IMG/VR virus record: IMGVR_UViG_3300009566_000068
Coordinates: 1-53,296 of that record
Source of the DNA: a virus
Taxonomy: Duplodnaviria > Caudoviricetes
Reading direction: 5' to 3' (one strand)
DNA: 53,296 nt
Part shown: positions 36,749-46,999 of the stretch, in pieces
Numbering within the stretch: position 1 is the first letter of the stretch
Layout: each line of letters begins with the position of its first letter
The notes under the pieces: model-generated
The model's database searches: none
What the model was told of the DNA's origin: nothing
What the model saw: the letters and a program-made list of their open reading frames with translations, nothing else
Program-made: the position numbers and the translations under genes

Positions 36749-39115
36749 TTATTCAGCATTGGCGATCCCGAGTCCTTTAATCTTATTCTCTCTTGCGCCT
36801 TGAAAACGGGGGCGGTACTGCTTTAGGTTTGAGATTGCGAGGTAAAGCTCACGGAAGAAATTCTCACGGCTGAAAGGCGAGTAACCGTTAGTTACACAAT
36901 ATTGGCGGTAATGGTTGTAAAGCTCTTTTTTCGATACTTCCTGGCTCTCCTCGACGGTACATTCATCCTCGACATAACAGAGCACAGGGTTATTGCTCCG
37001 GCGGTACTCCATAATGATCTGCCTCGTTTCGGGGCTGTTGGTAAAGCCGTTCTGATCCCACAAGCGGTGCAGTCCCGTGATTGCCCAATGGAAAATCTCG
37101 GATATTTCGGACTTTAGCTTCTCGAATAGCCCGGGGTCCGCGTCATCGAGAAATTGCCGCTTGAATTTAATGGGAAGGAGGCGCCGGAAATAGCCGTCAG
37201 AATTGTCCTGGACGCGCGGGAGCCGGTTCGCGGCAAACGCAAGCTTACAGGTCGGGGAAAACGTAAAGGTATTTTTATGTTTGAAAGCGGCGTTAAGCGG
37301 ATCTCCGGATGTGATCGCCTTAAAATAAGGTGACTCTATAGCCTTGCTGCCTACCTCTGTCGAAATGTTAAGCAGCTTCCCGTATAAGGACGATCGCTGG
37401 AACTGGTCGTCGAGATCATTGAATGAGACTGACGCGCAATTCTCCGGCCCAACCAGCTCGCGCAAGATTTTCAGGAATGTGCTCTTGCCGTCAGCTCCGG
37501 GGCCCAGGAGCAGGAGGCACTTCTCGTATTGCGTCGAGTGCGTCAGACAATAGCCAGCGTACTCCTGCAGTTGGGCCCCGACTTCCTCCTCCTGGATCGT
37601 TTCCTCGAGGTATTTCAGGAAACGATCACAGACCTTGCTTGATTCCGGATCGAATTCGACCGGAAGGAAAAAGGTACAGAAAAACTCCGGGTCATGAGGC
37701 TTAATCTCCAGGGTCCGCAAATTCAACAGCCCATTGGCGATGCAAACCCAATCCGTCCTGTCGTTCACCTTGCGGCCATCGGGGATCGCGTTGAGCTTCT
37801 TGACCTGGTAGACCACATTTTCCGCTCTTGCCTTATCGGCTTCGTTCTCCAGATAGCGCAGAGCTTGTCCAGCGATAAGGCTCTCCTCATAGACGACCCA
37901 CACCCTGCCATTCCAGCGGTATAAAAGACCGGTTGCTTCCTCGAACAACAGGCGGTTGTCGCGCATGATTCTCTCAGCGAGAATCCTCGGCTTGAACGAG
38001 AGCCGATCATTGACTCCCCGGTCGAAAAACTGCATTACCCCCAGGGGCGAATCTTCATCCTGAACGGATTTCGCGCTGGCCATCAATTCGGCGAGATCAG
38101 AGGGCTTCTTTCCATACTTGACAAAGAAATCGGTCAGGTCCTCGCCGTGATCCTTCGGCCAGGTTCCATCGGGAAGCCTCCCCATATAGTCAGGCCACAT
38201 CAGGCAACGAATCGACTTGGCAACGCCTTCGAGGGCCTTAGCCGCGTAGCCCATATATTTTTGTCCCGGCTGATCCGCATCGTAAGCGATAATCACGTCG
38301 CGCCCGCGAAAGACCTCTATCTGCCGCGCCTTCCATGTCTTGGGCTTCGTCGTTTGCGTAATAGCGTTGAAGCCGTGACTCAGAGCGCAAATACAATCGC
38401 TCTCCCCTTCGCATAGCAACACAGGCTGGCCGTCCAGGAGAGGGGCGGGGGGGAGCAGGCGGGCCTCGCCGGTACCGGATGCCCACGAAACTATCTTGAA
38501 CTTTTTCTCCCCAGGTTTGTAAATGCGGATATTCGCAAGGCGACCTTTCGAATCGCGAATCGGGATGGCGATGCCTCCCCCTGTGGTGAGCTTTCTGAGC
38601 TTGCCGGATTTTTTCTCGACGAAATGGGTCTGCAATCGCAAGTCGAGCATCGCGATCTGCCGGCGGTTCCAGCCCCTCGTTTTTTCAAGCTGGTCGATCC
38701 TGTCATACGGAAGGGGAGGGAAAAGCTCCCAAACCCGCTCTAAATCCTCTGGCGGGTCCTTCTCCTCTTCCTTCCCCGGAGATCGGCCCTCGACATTGCC
38801 CTGAGAGCGACGATCTCCCAACGGTGCCAGGGTTATATCGAACTCTTTGCAAAAGCTCTTGAAGCCCTCCCTCTCGTCGGTAATTCCCCGGACAATCGAC
38901 CAGAGCCGAACCAGGTCTCCGGAGGCTTCACAGGAAAAGCAATTATAAACATCAGTCCGGATATTGTATGAGAAGGATGGATTTTTCTCGCCGTGAATCG
39001 GGCAAAGGCCATGCAACTCGCCCTTGCTGTCGACCTGGGAAGATGTCACTGTGAAAAGCGACCTAGCGATGCGTTCGCGTTCGGCCTCCGAAAGATGCTC
39101 AAGGGCGATTCCCAT
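36749..39115 (-). CDS. P4-family primase/helicase (CHC2 zinc finger, TOPRIM, D5/SF3 helicase)
   Basis: 'CPIHGEKNPSF..CFSC', 'LCEGESD', 'YDAD', 'GPGADGKST', 'FRRLLPIKF'. Confidence 0.93.
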   Translation of the reverse strand: MGIALEHLSEAERERIARSLFTVTSSQVDSKGELHGLCPIHGEKNPSFSYNIRTDVYNCFSCEASGDLVRLWSIVRGITDEREGFKSFCKEFDITLAPLGDRRSQGNVEGRSPGKEEEKDPPEDLERVWELFPPLPYDRIDQLEKTRGWNRRQIAMLDLRLQTHFVEKKSGKLRKLTTGGGIAIPIRDSKGRLANIRIYKPGEKKFKIVSWASGTGEARLLPPAPLLDGQPVLLCEGESDCICALSHGFNAITQTTKPKTWKARQIEVFRGRDVIIAYDADQPGQKYMGYAAKALEGVAKSIRCLMWPDYMGRLPDGTWPKDHGEDLTDFFVKYGKKPSDLAELMASAKSVQDEDSPLGVMQFFDRGVNDRLSFKPRILAERIMRDNRLLFEEATGLLYRWNGRVWVVYEESLIAGQALRYLENEADKARAENVVYQVKKLNAIPDGRKVNDRTDWVCIANGLLNLRTLEIKPHDPEFFCTFFLPVEFDPESSKVCDRFLKYLEETIQEEEVGAQLQEYAGYCLTHSTQYEKCLLLLGPGADGKSTFLKILRELVGPENCASVSFNDLDDQFQRSSLYGKLLNISTEVGSKAIESPYFKAITSGDPLNAAFKHKNTFTFSPTCKLAFAANRLPRVQDNSDGYFRRLLPIKFKRQFLDDADPGLFEKLKSEISEIFHWAITGLHRLWDQNGFTNSPETRQIIMEYRRSNNPVLCYVEDECTVEESQEVSKKELYNHYRQYCVTNGYSPFSRENFFRELYLAISNLKQYRPRFQGARENKIKGLGIANAE

Positions 39116-39572
39116 CAGCCCCTCATTTTGGAATAAACTGAACGCTCAGCGGAAAGGATCAGGTCCTTGTCTGCCGGATTTTCCTTGATGAGCCGCACTA
39201 TATATCTTGAATGAGATCGACCGGCTCTCATGTTTTGACGGATCATGTCTTGAAGCTCCTGGAGCCGCTTATTTCTTTTTGTGCTCATTCCGTTCCGCCT
39301 CCAGGAGTTTCAAAGCATTTCCGATAGGACTCTCACCCCGGATCATATGGACATTCCTGTTTGCTTCGGCCCACATCCAGGACAAGATTATCCGTGTTGT
39401 TAGCAAACTCTCCGAATTGAGTAGCTTGTTTTCTCTTTTCACCTATATCCCCGGACAAATGATTACTTTAAGTAAGGCTTTTTCAACCTCCTCGATCCAA
39501 ACATCCAAAGCCCTCTTGAAAGATGCGAGACCTTCACAGTAAATAGTACATGAGATTTCGATAACGCATGAA

Positions 39573-39758
39573 CTATCCATTGACGATCCCCTTATATTGC
39601 CTATGCTCTTGACGATTGTCCTTGCCGTTAGCGAGCCGGATCATTTCGTCGCAAAAGGCGCATATCGGGCATTTCTTGTCTTTGAGTTCAACCGGGAAAT
39701 GACGCGGGGAAAAGCAAAAGAGTAATTCTGACTGATTTTTGTTAAGCTTCTTCTTCAT
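39573..39758 (-). CDS. Small Cys-rich hypothetical protein
   Basis: 'CPICAFC'; early operon. Confidence 0.4.
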   Translation of the reverse strand: MKKKLNKNQSELLFCFSPRHFPVELKDKKCPICAFCDEMIRLANGKDNRQEHRQYKGIVNG

Positions 39759-40011
39759 GTTTACCTATCGCCTCCGATGCCGCCAGGAGCTGTTTGGCTG
39801 ACGCCTCTTTCGCTCCCATAGAAATTGCCCTTTTCCTGAAAAACGACGAGATCATGAAACGGGGCAAACCTCCTTCGGTTTTCAGCCACTCGCGCTTCAA
39901 GCCGATCTTTCTCGAAAAAATAATCAGCTCGTCAATGCTCTTGTCGCTGGTCATGAAGAACCAGGACCTGCCTTTATCGAAGAGAGGTGAACAGTCGACC
40001 AGGATCGCCAT
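39742..40011 (-). CDS. DUF4031-like protein
   Basis: 'ILVD...SDKSIDEL..F...IGLKREW...R.RAI.MGA'. Confidence 0.7.
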   Translation of the reverse strand: MAILVDCSPLFDKGRSWFFMTSDKSIDELIIFSRKIGLKREWLKTEGGLPRFMISSFFRKRAISMGAKEASAKQLLAASEAIGKHEEEA

Positions 40012-40252
40012 CGCTCGCCTCCTGAAAGGCCGGGAGTTTGGCTGACTGCACGTTCAAGTTCGCCGTCTTGCCAGCACCTTCTCCCGGCCAGTTGCATCAT
40101 TTTCCAAATACCGGCTCGACAAACAACAGAGCAGAAATTACCCATCCCAAGCCCGCCGAAAATTCCCAGGCGGCAAAATAGGAGGCGGCAGTGCATACGG
40201 AAATAAACATTGCGGTAAAGAGTAGTCCCTTTCTCATAAGGTCTCCTTTTCG

Positions 40253-40450
40253 TTATTTACTCAAAATTGAAATCAGGAAGCTTGTCCCGAAATAGAAAAA
40301 TGAAAAATCGATCACGCACAAACAGATATTGTCCAGGGTATCCTCGCTGCCCAGGAGGATCTCGTCCCAGCTTGATTCCTCGATATATGCCCTGAAATTT
40401 TGGTACTTCCAGTATTCGCGGATTAAAGCCTGGTCCAATGTCATTTTCAT
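40253..40450 (-). CDS. Small membrane hypothetical protein
   Basis: C-terminal hydrophobic helix; coupled start. Confidence 0.4.
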   Translation of the reverse strand: MKMTLDQALIREYWKYQNFRAYIEESSWDEILLGSEDTLDNICLCVIDFSFFYFGTSFLISILSK

Positions 40451-40794
40451 TTCACCAACCTCACTTTCCTGGGAATCATGCCGCCCCGCTTTTTGTATCC
40501 TTCAAGGGGCCGGCGGTCACCGTGCAGAAAGGCCGAGAGCGCCTGTCGGTATTGCGCCTCATCTATAAACGGCGGGTTGCCTTCCAGCTTGCGAGCCTGG
40601 TTTTCAAGTTTCAGGATTTCAAATAACTGGATGAGCATTTGCTGGCAGCTCACGATCAGCTCGCGATCGGCCTCGGTAAAAACGCTGGCAGGGGGAGAAG
40701 GAGGGTCAAAACCCTCTGCCAGCGGTCCACCGGCCTCGTTCCGCCCAACGGGGCCGTGGGGGTTACCGGAATTTTGCTTGTCCTCTTTAAACAT
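40447..40794 (-). CDS. Hypothetical early protein
   Basis: ORF in early operon. Confidence 0.5.
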   Translation of the reverse strand: MFKEDKQNSGNPHGPVGRNEAGGPLAEGFDPPSPPASVFTEADRELIVSCQQMLIQLFEILKLENQARKLEGNPPFIDEAQYRQALSAFLHGDRRPLEGYKKRGGMIPRKVRLVK

Positions 40795-40843
40795 TTAAAC
40801 CCCTGAAATCATTAAGGTTAATATAAAATAATTTTTATAATAT

Positions 40844-41062
40844 TTATAATTTCCCTTTTTCGCCGTACTTGTCATAGATTTCATCCCAAAAGACGGGATC
40901 TTCGGCCATTTCAGCGGCAAGAAACCTCTTGACGGCCCTCGATATGACCTGGGATCGATTCAAATCCTTCACGGAACAATAAGTGTCCAATCGTTTGAGA
41001 AGGGATTCTCGAAGGGCTGTCGAAACATTTTCAGTAGGGGAATTACCATTACGTTTTTTCAT
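40844..41062 (-). CDS. Ribbon-helix-helix (CopG-like) regulator
   Basis: 'VSTALRESLLKRLDTYC..KDLNRSQVISRAVKRFL'. Confidence 0.75.
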   Translation of the reverse strand: MKKRNGNSPTENVSTALRESLLKRLDTYCSVKDLNRSQVISRAVKRFLAAEMAEDPVFWDEIYDKYGEKGKL

Positions 41063-41141
41063 GTACGCTCCTTTTCAATCCCCTGTGATTAAATACGCCG
41101 GCGGGCGTTGAGAAAATTGACAAGAAATTATCAACAGAAAC

Positions 41142-41178
41142 AAAAAAGCCCGGCATCCCCTTTCGGAGATCCAGGCTT
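41142..41178 (-). terminator. Intrinsic terminator downstream of the cro-like gene
   Basis: AAGCCTGGATCTCC-GAAA-GGGGATGCCGGGC plus U6. Confidence 0.65.
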
Positions 41179-41278
41179 GAAGGTCGGATATGAACTGCCG
41201 CATGAGGTCGAGGTCCGCTTATGCCAGAATTATCATGTTGAGTATCAAAATGAACCGTGATACAGACGCTAAAAGGTT

Positions 41279-41476
41279 TTAGTCTTTGGGCTTAAGCGGC
41301 CACAAATCTTCGACTGCTTTACCAAGCTTTTTCGCCACATATTCTTGAATCCGCTTGGAGGGCTGATGTCCGTTCAAAACAACCGACACGGTTACATGAG
41401 AAACGTTCAGATCATGGGCAACTTGCACATTTGTGACCTTTTTCTCTCTCATGAGGTCTCTGATTTCCTGATTCAT
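41279..41476 (-). CDS. Cro/Ner-like HTH regulator
   Basis: 65 aa HTH ending 'VEDLWP'; divergent from the repressor. Confidence 0.8.
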   Translation of the reverse strand: MNQEIRDLMREKKVTNVQVAHDLNVSHVTVSVVLNGHQPSKRIQEYVAKKLGKAVEDLWPLKPKD

Positions 41477-41493
41477 GGCAATCCTCGTGTTTG

Positions 41494-41528
41494 CTAAAAG
41501 CTTTTAGGCGTAATAAACAAATTGTTTA
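41494..41528. promoter_or_regulatory. Immunity switch region with palindromic operator candidates
   Basis: CTAAAAGCTTTTAG and TAAACAAATTGTTTA between divergent HTH genes. Confidence 0.5.
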
Positions 41529-41552
41529 GTCTTGTCAACAAAAAATTTAATT

Positions 41553-42065
41553 ATGGAAGAAAACCTCTACAAAATAATCAACCGGATCAAGCAGCTCGAA
41601 GGTCTCCATACGGAGACGCAGGTTGCAAAAGTACTCGGAATGAGTAGGGAAAATCTCAATAACTATAAGAGGCGCCACTCCATCCCCAGGAAGGCAATCG
41701 AAAGATTTTGTTTACAGCAAGGAATTTCGTTAAATTATGTGCTTTACGGAATAGAACCGCCTCGGATCGAGGAAGCCGCCCGACCTGCCAGCGCGGAGGA
41801 CGATCTCTCGAACGACAAGATAAGACACTTAATGAAAGCAGCTGTCCGGATACTCACGAGCGGCAATAAACACGCCGTGGAAGCCCTTGGGAACTGCATC
41901 GAGTACCTCAACATGGCCCTCGATAATGAAAAGAAATACAGCACACTCGAGGAGAAGGTCCGCAAATTAGAGCAAAGCCTTAGCGGGGGCCCTCACGAGT
42001 CCGGGCCCGAAGATGGCAGCGACGCGCCCGGACCTTCGCATACCCCGAAGAAATTTACTATGTGA
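41553..42065 (+). CDS. CI-like repressor
   Basis: HTH 'TETQVAKVLGMSRENLNNYKRRHSIP...ISLNYVLYG'; no S24 peptidase domain evident. Confidence 0.8.
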   Translation: MEENLYKIINRIKQLEGLHTETQVAKVLGMSRENLNNYKRRHSIPRKAIERFCLQQGISLNYVLYGIEPPRIEEAARPASAEDDLSNDKIRHLMKAAVRILTSGNKHAVEALGNCIEYLNMALDNEKKYSTLEEKVRKLEQSLSGGPHESGPEDGSDAPGPSHTPKKFTM

Positions 42066-42081
42066 GCCGGGCGGTCCATTA

Positions 42082-43203
42082 ATGACGGTTTTCAGGCGCG
42101 GCAAAAAGCTCGTAATTGATTACTGGCCGGAAGGCCGGCACGGTAAGCGTGTCCGCAAGACCCTCCCGGAGTCCTTCCAGGACGAGGAAGAAGCAAAACT
42201 TATTGAAGAGGACCTCAAGCGGGCTTCCCGCGCGCCTGAGGATATCGCGCTCCCCTCCGGGACGACAGTTCTCGAAGCCTTCCCCTCTTACATAGCCTGG
42301 TACGAGCTGCATCGGGCCAAGAGCACCGCCCAGGACCTCAAATGGACCTGGGAGGCCCACATCAAGCGCATCCTGGGAGAGTATCGCGTCGCGGAGATCA
42401 ACTCGAACCACATCAATCTCTACAAGCGCATCCGCAAAGCTGAGGGCGTCAAGCCCAAAAAGAAAAAAGACCTCGACAAGAATGAGCCGAAACTACCCCT
42501 GCGCATGGTGTCGAATCGCACAATCAACAAGGAGCTGAGCCTGTTCTCGGCCTTCCTGACCTGGTGCCAGCGCGAGCACAAGATCAAGCGCGAGCTGGCC
42601 GCCGTGGAAATGCTTCCCTATAAGCGCCCCCTGCCGATGCCGATGTCTTTCGACGAATGCATGAAGGTGATCGACGCGGCCGAACCGATCTACCAGGCAT
42701 ACATCCTGTGCCTGTTCTTCCTGGGACTTAGGAAGGCCGAGGCCAGAAATATCCGCAAATCCGACATCGACCGCACAAACCACACCATCAAGGTAGTGCA
42801 GAAAGGCGGGAGCGAGAAGGTGCTGCCCGCCGGCAAGTGGCTTGTCTCGGTTCTCGACTTGATCGAGATCGACGACAAGCGCAACCCCGACGGCTACATC
42901 TTTTTCAACTACCGAAAAGGTAAGCCGATCCAGAACTATCGTAAGGCGCTGATCCGGGCCGCAGCCAAGGCCCAGGTGTTCAAGCGTGTCACACCCCACG
43001 TCTTTCGCCACTCCATCGGCAAGTTCCTGGTGGACCGCAACATCAATTTGCGAATAATCCAAAAGTATCTCGGCCACCAGCGGGTTTCGACGACGGAGAT
43101 TTACACCCAGGTCGAGCTCGCGAGCTTGCGCGAGGCCGAAAAGATAATTTTGAAGGGGATCGAGAGCTTTTACCGCAAGAAACAGCAGGCCCCGCGAACG
43201 TAG
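42082..43203 (+). CDS. int: Prophage tyrosine integrase
   Basis: Catalytic R..K..HxxR..H..Y: 'GLRKAE', 'QKGG', 'HVFRH', 'LGHQRVSTTEIY'. Confidence 0.92.
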   Translation: MTVFRRGKKLVIDYWPEGRHGKRVRKTLPESFQDEEEAKLIEEDLKRASRAPEDIALPSGTTVLEAFPSYIAWYELHRAKSTAQDLKWTWEAHIKRILGEYRVAEINSNHINLYKRIRKAEGVKPKKKKDLDKNEPKLPLRMVSNRTINKELSLFSAFLTWCQREHKIKRELAAVEMLPYKRPLPMPMSFDECMKVIDAAEPIYQAYILCLFFLGLRKAEARNIRKSDIDRTNHTIKVVQKGGSEKVLPAGKWLVSVLDLIEIDDKRNPDGYIFFNYRKGKPIQNYRKALIRAAAKAQVFKRVTPHVFRHSIGKFLVDRNINLRIIQKYLGHQRVSTTEIYTQVELASLREAEKIILKGIESFYRKKQQAPRT

Positions 43204-43229
43204 GATAGATATTCATACCAAGGATTACT

Positions 43230-44441
43230 ATGCACTACAAAATACCTGTGCCTACTCTTGATACAATCTGTAATTTATTAAGCCATGCTCGAGATATTTG
43301 TAGAATAAGTTTAGGCAAACGCTCCAGATATGGAAATAATAAAGCAATTAGAGCTGCTAAAGGATATCTGCACAATTCGATTTTGATTCTAATCGATTTA
43401 TTTCTAAACATGGAGTTAAATTATGAATATACTCTAAATACAAATACGATCATGCTTCTGAGTGATGCCCATAGGCAATCCGAAAAAATTTTGGCTATAA
43501 TAAAAGCCTCATGGGACATTGATTATAATGATTATTTAATTTCCAAAAAGATCAGCATTCCACAATCGCTTGTATTAATGAGGGCAAAAAATTACCTTGG
43601 TGAATTTCTGACGACAACATTTGATAAAGAATTAATCTCTTCAAAACCTGAGCTTAATGTCGAGTTCATGTTCATTACAAAAATGCTTTTATGTCGAGAA
43701 ATCATAAAAAAAGTCGCTAAAATTTTAGATCTTGATTTAGAAGAAAAGAAAGATAAAATCATTCGTTCGATCCAGTTTCCTCCAGAACTGAAACAGTCTG
43801 GAATATCTATACTTAATTATTTCAGCCACATTTTAAATCACAAATATCCATTAATTAATGTTGGCGTCACAATAGAGCAAAATGAAAATAGAGTTACATT
43901 AATCATCGATACGCCTGATGGTAAGAAAGAGATCATCGAAAAAGAATTGGCTGATTACGGCCTTGTAGTTGTTGGACAAATCCCTCCTGAACAATTCATT
44001 TCTGATGAAAATGAAATCCTTTTATTAAAATATAAATTGGAAATGACCCAAATGGAGACCAGGCATACGAAAGAGATTTTAAATCAAGAGAGGCTATCTA
44101 ATAGAGAACGGATAAAAAGGCTCGAAAATGATGTTACTTATTTTAAAAACTTTTTTGATAAGGATAGAAATCTAATCTATGAATTGAGCCAGCAGGTCCT
44201 AGAACTTGCAAAGAGTTCATCACAAACAGTCCTAGTATCTTTGAATAATATTTCTGATATTTTGAAAAAAGGTGAAATAGAAAATGAGCGCGAGCTTATT
44301 GAACATTTTATGAATATCAGAAAAGAAGACAATTCTACATTTAATAATTTAAATGAGATACTTATTAAAGGTTCGCTTCAAGGTACTGCAGGAAATTATT
44401 TATACTCGTTTTTAACGAATACCCTGCCAAAGTTTTTTTAA
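43230..44441 (+). CDS. AT-rich hypothetical cargo protein
   Basis: 403-aa ORF, coiled-coil C-terminus; no family recognised. Confidence 0.7.
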   Translation: MHYKIPVPTLDTICNLLSHARDICRISLGKRSRYGNNKAIRAAKGYLHNSILILIDLFLNMELNYEYTLNTNTIMLLSDAHRQSEKILAIIKASWDIDYNDYLISKKISIPQSLVLMRAKNYLGEFLTTTFDKELISSKPELNVEFMFITKMLLCREIIKKVAKILDLDLEEKKDKIIRSIQFPPELKQSGISILNYFSHILNHKYPLINVGVTIEQNENRVTLIIDTPDGKKEIIEKELADYGLVVVGQIPPEQFISDENEILLLKYKLEMTQMETRHTKEILNQERLSNRERIKRLENDVTYFKNFFDKDRNLIYELSQQVLELAKSSSQTVLVSLNNISDILKKGEIENERELIEHFMNIRKEDNSTFNNLNEILIKGSLQGTAGNYLYSFLTNTLPKFF

Positions 44442-44587
44442 GGGTAGATACTATATGCCACGTGGTTTATCTGATGACTTGAAGCTCGCATTAGATGAGT
44501 TCCATTTATATCATTGAGCCTCAATTTGATAGAGAGCGTTGGAAGAAACATATATCCGGTGAGAACTAGACCCTAAGCGGAGAAACT

Positions 44588-45841
44588 ATGGAAAAGAAAA
44601 CGAAGGGTGCGTGGCTGATCCACCATGGTCGAAAAATTCAGGCAACAACAAATCAAGACTTCGATGCTATCGCCTTTGCCGGCAAGTGCGGAACATTATT
44701 ATCTGCCATTTCTGGGCAACGCCAGTCTAAAATTACTAAAAATACACTTGATGCACTTGCTAAAGCAAATGGTATCAGTCCAAAAACTGAAGCACCTGCA
44801 ATATTATCTGAACTGGAAAGACAGAAACTTATTATTCGCGGTTCTGGGAAAATCGAGGTTCTGGGTCTAACTGGTCTATCAGTTTTAGAGCATACATCCA
44901 CGATCTTCGACGAATCAGATCATGAATCATACGAAGATGCAGTCATAGAAGTGTCAGAAATGGCTTCAGAATCTCCTGTAACGGACAGAATCGCTGCCGA
45001 GTTCTTATCAGATACTTATGAACTTCCGGCTCGCGACGTGCAGAACACCTTGCAAATTGGAGAAACGATTGGTTTCTTCGATTGGGAGGAAATATCCGAT
45101 ACCGAGAAATTGATATTTAATGGTAACCTTTTTAGACGAGACGATGCCAAGAAAATAAACGCCGTCTTAAGTTCACTTAAGTCAAACGAGTCTCGCCTCC
45201 TCGTAGAGTTGAATGACAAACTTAGAGCATCAGGTTGCTTAACACTCTCAACTGCCACAAAGGTCCTAGGACATGAATTGTTTCGCAGGCTGCACTCGAT
45301 TGGTATGTTCGATGTCAACGTAGTAGGGAATGAGGATGGTAAGAATTATTTTGTGACACGCCCAGCTGCTTTCTCGAAGTTCACAAACTCAATAGCTGAC
45401 GATGCGCTAGATCTGGCTAAAGCTTTGGTTGCATCCTTAACTTATGGGATGACCGTTAGTAGCTACTACCGAGGTCGAATTCAGATGGTATCTGCTTTGA
45501 TGAATGCTCTGATCGCGGGGCGATCAGTTGGCCCTGCCACTGCCATTGGCAACGACTACCAAGCGCTAGAATATAAAGGGGTCGTAAAGGTTACTCCCGT
45601 GTCCGGTGGAATGTTTACGATGACACTATTGAAGCCAGAGGTCGGCAGACTGGCGCTGTCTGTTATTCAAGATGGGGATATAACGGCCGAAAGCATTCCT
45701 CAGCTTCCGGGAGCAAAGGTAACTGCGTACATAAATCCAGAGGTAACACGTGAAGTGCAGCGAAAGGATTCTACACAAGCTGTAAAGCTGAATGCACGAA
45801 ACCTCTTGAATGAAATCAGAAAAGGTGGGCTGTCAAAATGA
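44588..45841 (+). CDS. Hypothetical protein (possible tandem wHTH), first gene of a coupled pair
   Basis: 417-aa ORF; ATGA overlap with the next gene. Confidence 0.7.
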   Translation: MEKKTKGAWLIHHGRKIQATTNQDFDAIAFAGKCGTLLSAISGQRQSKITKNTLDALAKANGISPKTEAPAILSELERQKLIIRGSGKIEVLGLTGLSVLEHTSTIFDESDHESYEDAVIEVSEMASESPVTDRIAAEFLSDTYELPARDVQNTLQIGETIGFFDWEEISDTEKLIFNGNLFRRDDAKKINAVLSSLKSNESRLLVELNDKLRASGCLTLSTATKVLGHELFRRLHSIGMFDVNVVGNEDGKNYFVTRPAAFSKFTNSIADDALDLAKALVASLTYGMTVSSYYRGRIQMVSALMNALIAGRSVGPATAIGNDYQALEYKGVVKVTPVSGGMFTMTLLKPEVGRLALSVIQDGDITAESIPQLPGAKVTAYINPEVTREVQRKDSTQAVKLNARNLLNEIRKGGLSK

Positions 45842-46872
45842 GTGAACAACTTTTAAAGGGACCTGCCGCTGAAGAGGCTCTTAGAAACTATTTTCTGAGT
45901 ATTGGCTACTTCGTAATTCGAGGCTGTAAGTTCAAATTCAATCGATTTGATGTGACTGATATTGACTTATGGCTCTATGGAAGGAGCTCACCCCTTAGCC
46001 GTGAGAGAATAAACGTTGACATCAAGAACAAGAAAACCCCTCAAGCTTTGGAACGAATATTTTGGGCTAAAGGTCTTCAATCCGTATTAAATCTGGATGG
46101 GTGCATCGTTTCTACAAACGACATTAGATCAGATGTAAGGGAATTTGGTCTACAGCACCAAGTCAAGGTACTTGACGGCCGATTCATGGGCCGACTTACG
46201 AAAAACGTCAGAAGTCAAATGCAACGAATTACGGAAGAGCAATTCTTTGCGCAGATTGACCAAGCATCGTTAGGAAAACTAGGCGGCGACTGGAAGGGAC
46301 GCTATGAGTCTAGTAAATCTCGCATTCTTAGCTCTCTTACATTTGATGAGTGCAACGCTTGGCTGGACGATATAGAATATTTCCTAGGGCAATTACAATC
46401 ATCATCTATGTCGAATACTTCTCCTGCCTGGCGAATGGTATATGTATCGTGCGCTCACTTCATTGTTTCCATTGACTTCATATTGAGAGAACATGTGGCA
46501 GTTGACCAGGAACAGCGACGGGTACTCCTTGATAGCGGATTTAGATACGGAATTGCAGGGAAATCATTCACTGAAAAAGTAGGAGGAATGGTTGCCACAT
46601 TGGTGGGCAGCATTGTCTCGCAACCTGGCTTCGCAGAAACAGTAGAGCGTGAACTTAGTGAGCAAGCTGCCGTGGTTAAAGCAGAAGTTTTGGCGGAGTT
46701 CTTCTCGAAGGGAGCAACGCTGAGTGGGCTCTTTGAAGTAGCTCGTGAACTAGAGGCAGCGGCGTTCGGGATTCAGGTTCCAATGCCGTCATCCTTGACA
46801 GTAGCAGTCCAATCAATAATTGGCATTCTCGCTGACTTTTGTGGGATGGATCGAAAGAGAATACTTGTTTAA
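45838..46872 (+). CDS. PD-(D/E)xK restriction-endonuclease-fold protein
   Basis: 'KG..AEE..RNYF...GY.V.R...TDIDLW...NVDIKNK'. Confidence 0.65.
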   Translation: MSEQLLKGPAAEEALRNYFLSIGYFVIRGCKFKFNRFDVTDIDLWLYGRSSPLSRERINVDIKNKKTPQALERIFWAKGLQSVLNLDGCIVSTNDIRSDVREFGLQHQVKVLDGRFMGRLTKNVRSQMQRITEEQFFAQIDQASLGKLGGDWKGRYESSKSRILSSLTFDECNAWLDDIEYFLGQLQSSSMSNTSPAWRMVYVSCAHFIVSIDFILREHVAVDQEQRRVLLDSGFRYGIAGKSFTEKVGGMVATLVGSIVSQPGFAETVERELSEQAAVVKAEVLAEFFSKGATLSGLFEVARELEAAAFGIQVPMPSSLTVAVQSIIGILADFCGMDRKRILV

Positions 46873-46999
46873 CATGGCGATTCAGCGCCACTGTGTCTAC
46901 AAAAAAACGACTAGATTCATGAACTTAGAAATATTGTGTCTACACCTAACATTTGCAAGTGGATGATTTTCTTAGTAATTATACCTACTACGGTCAGTA

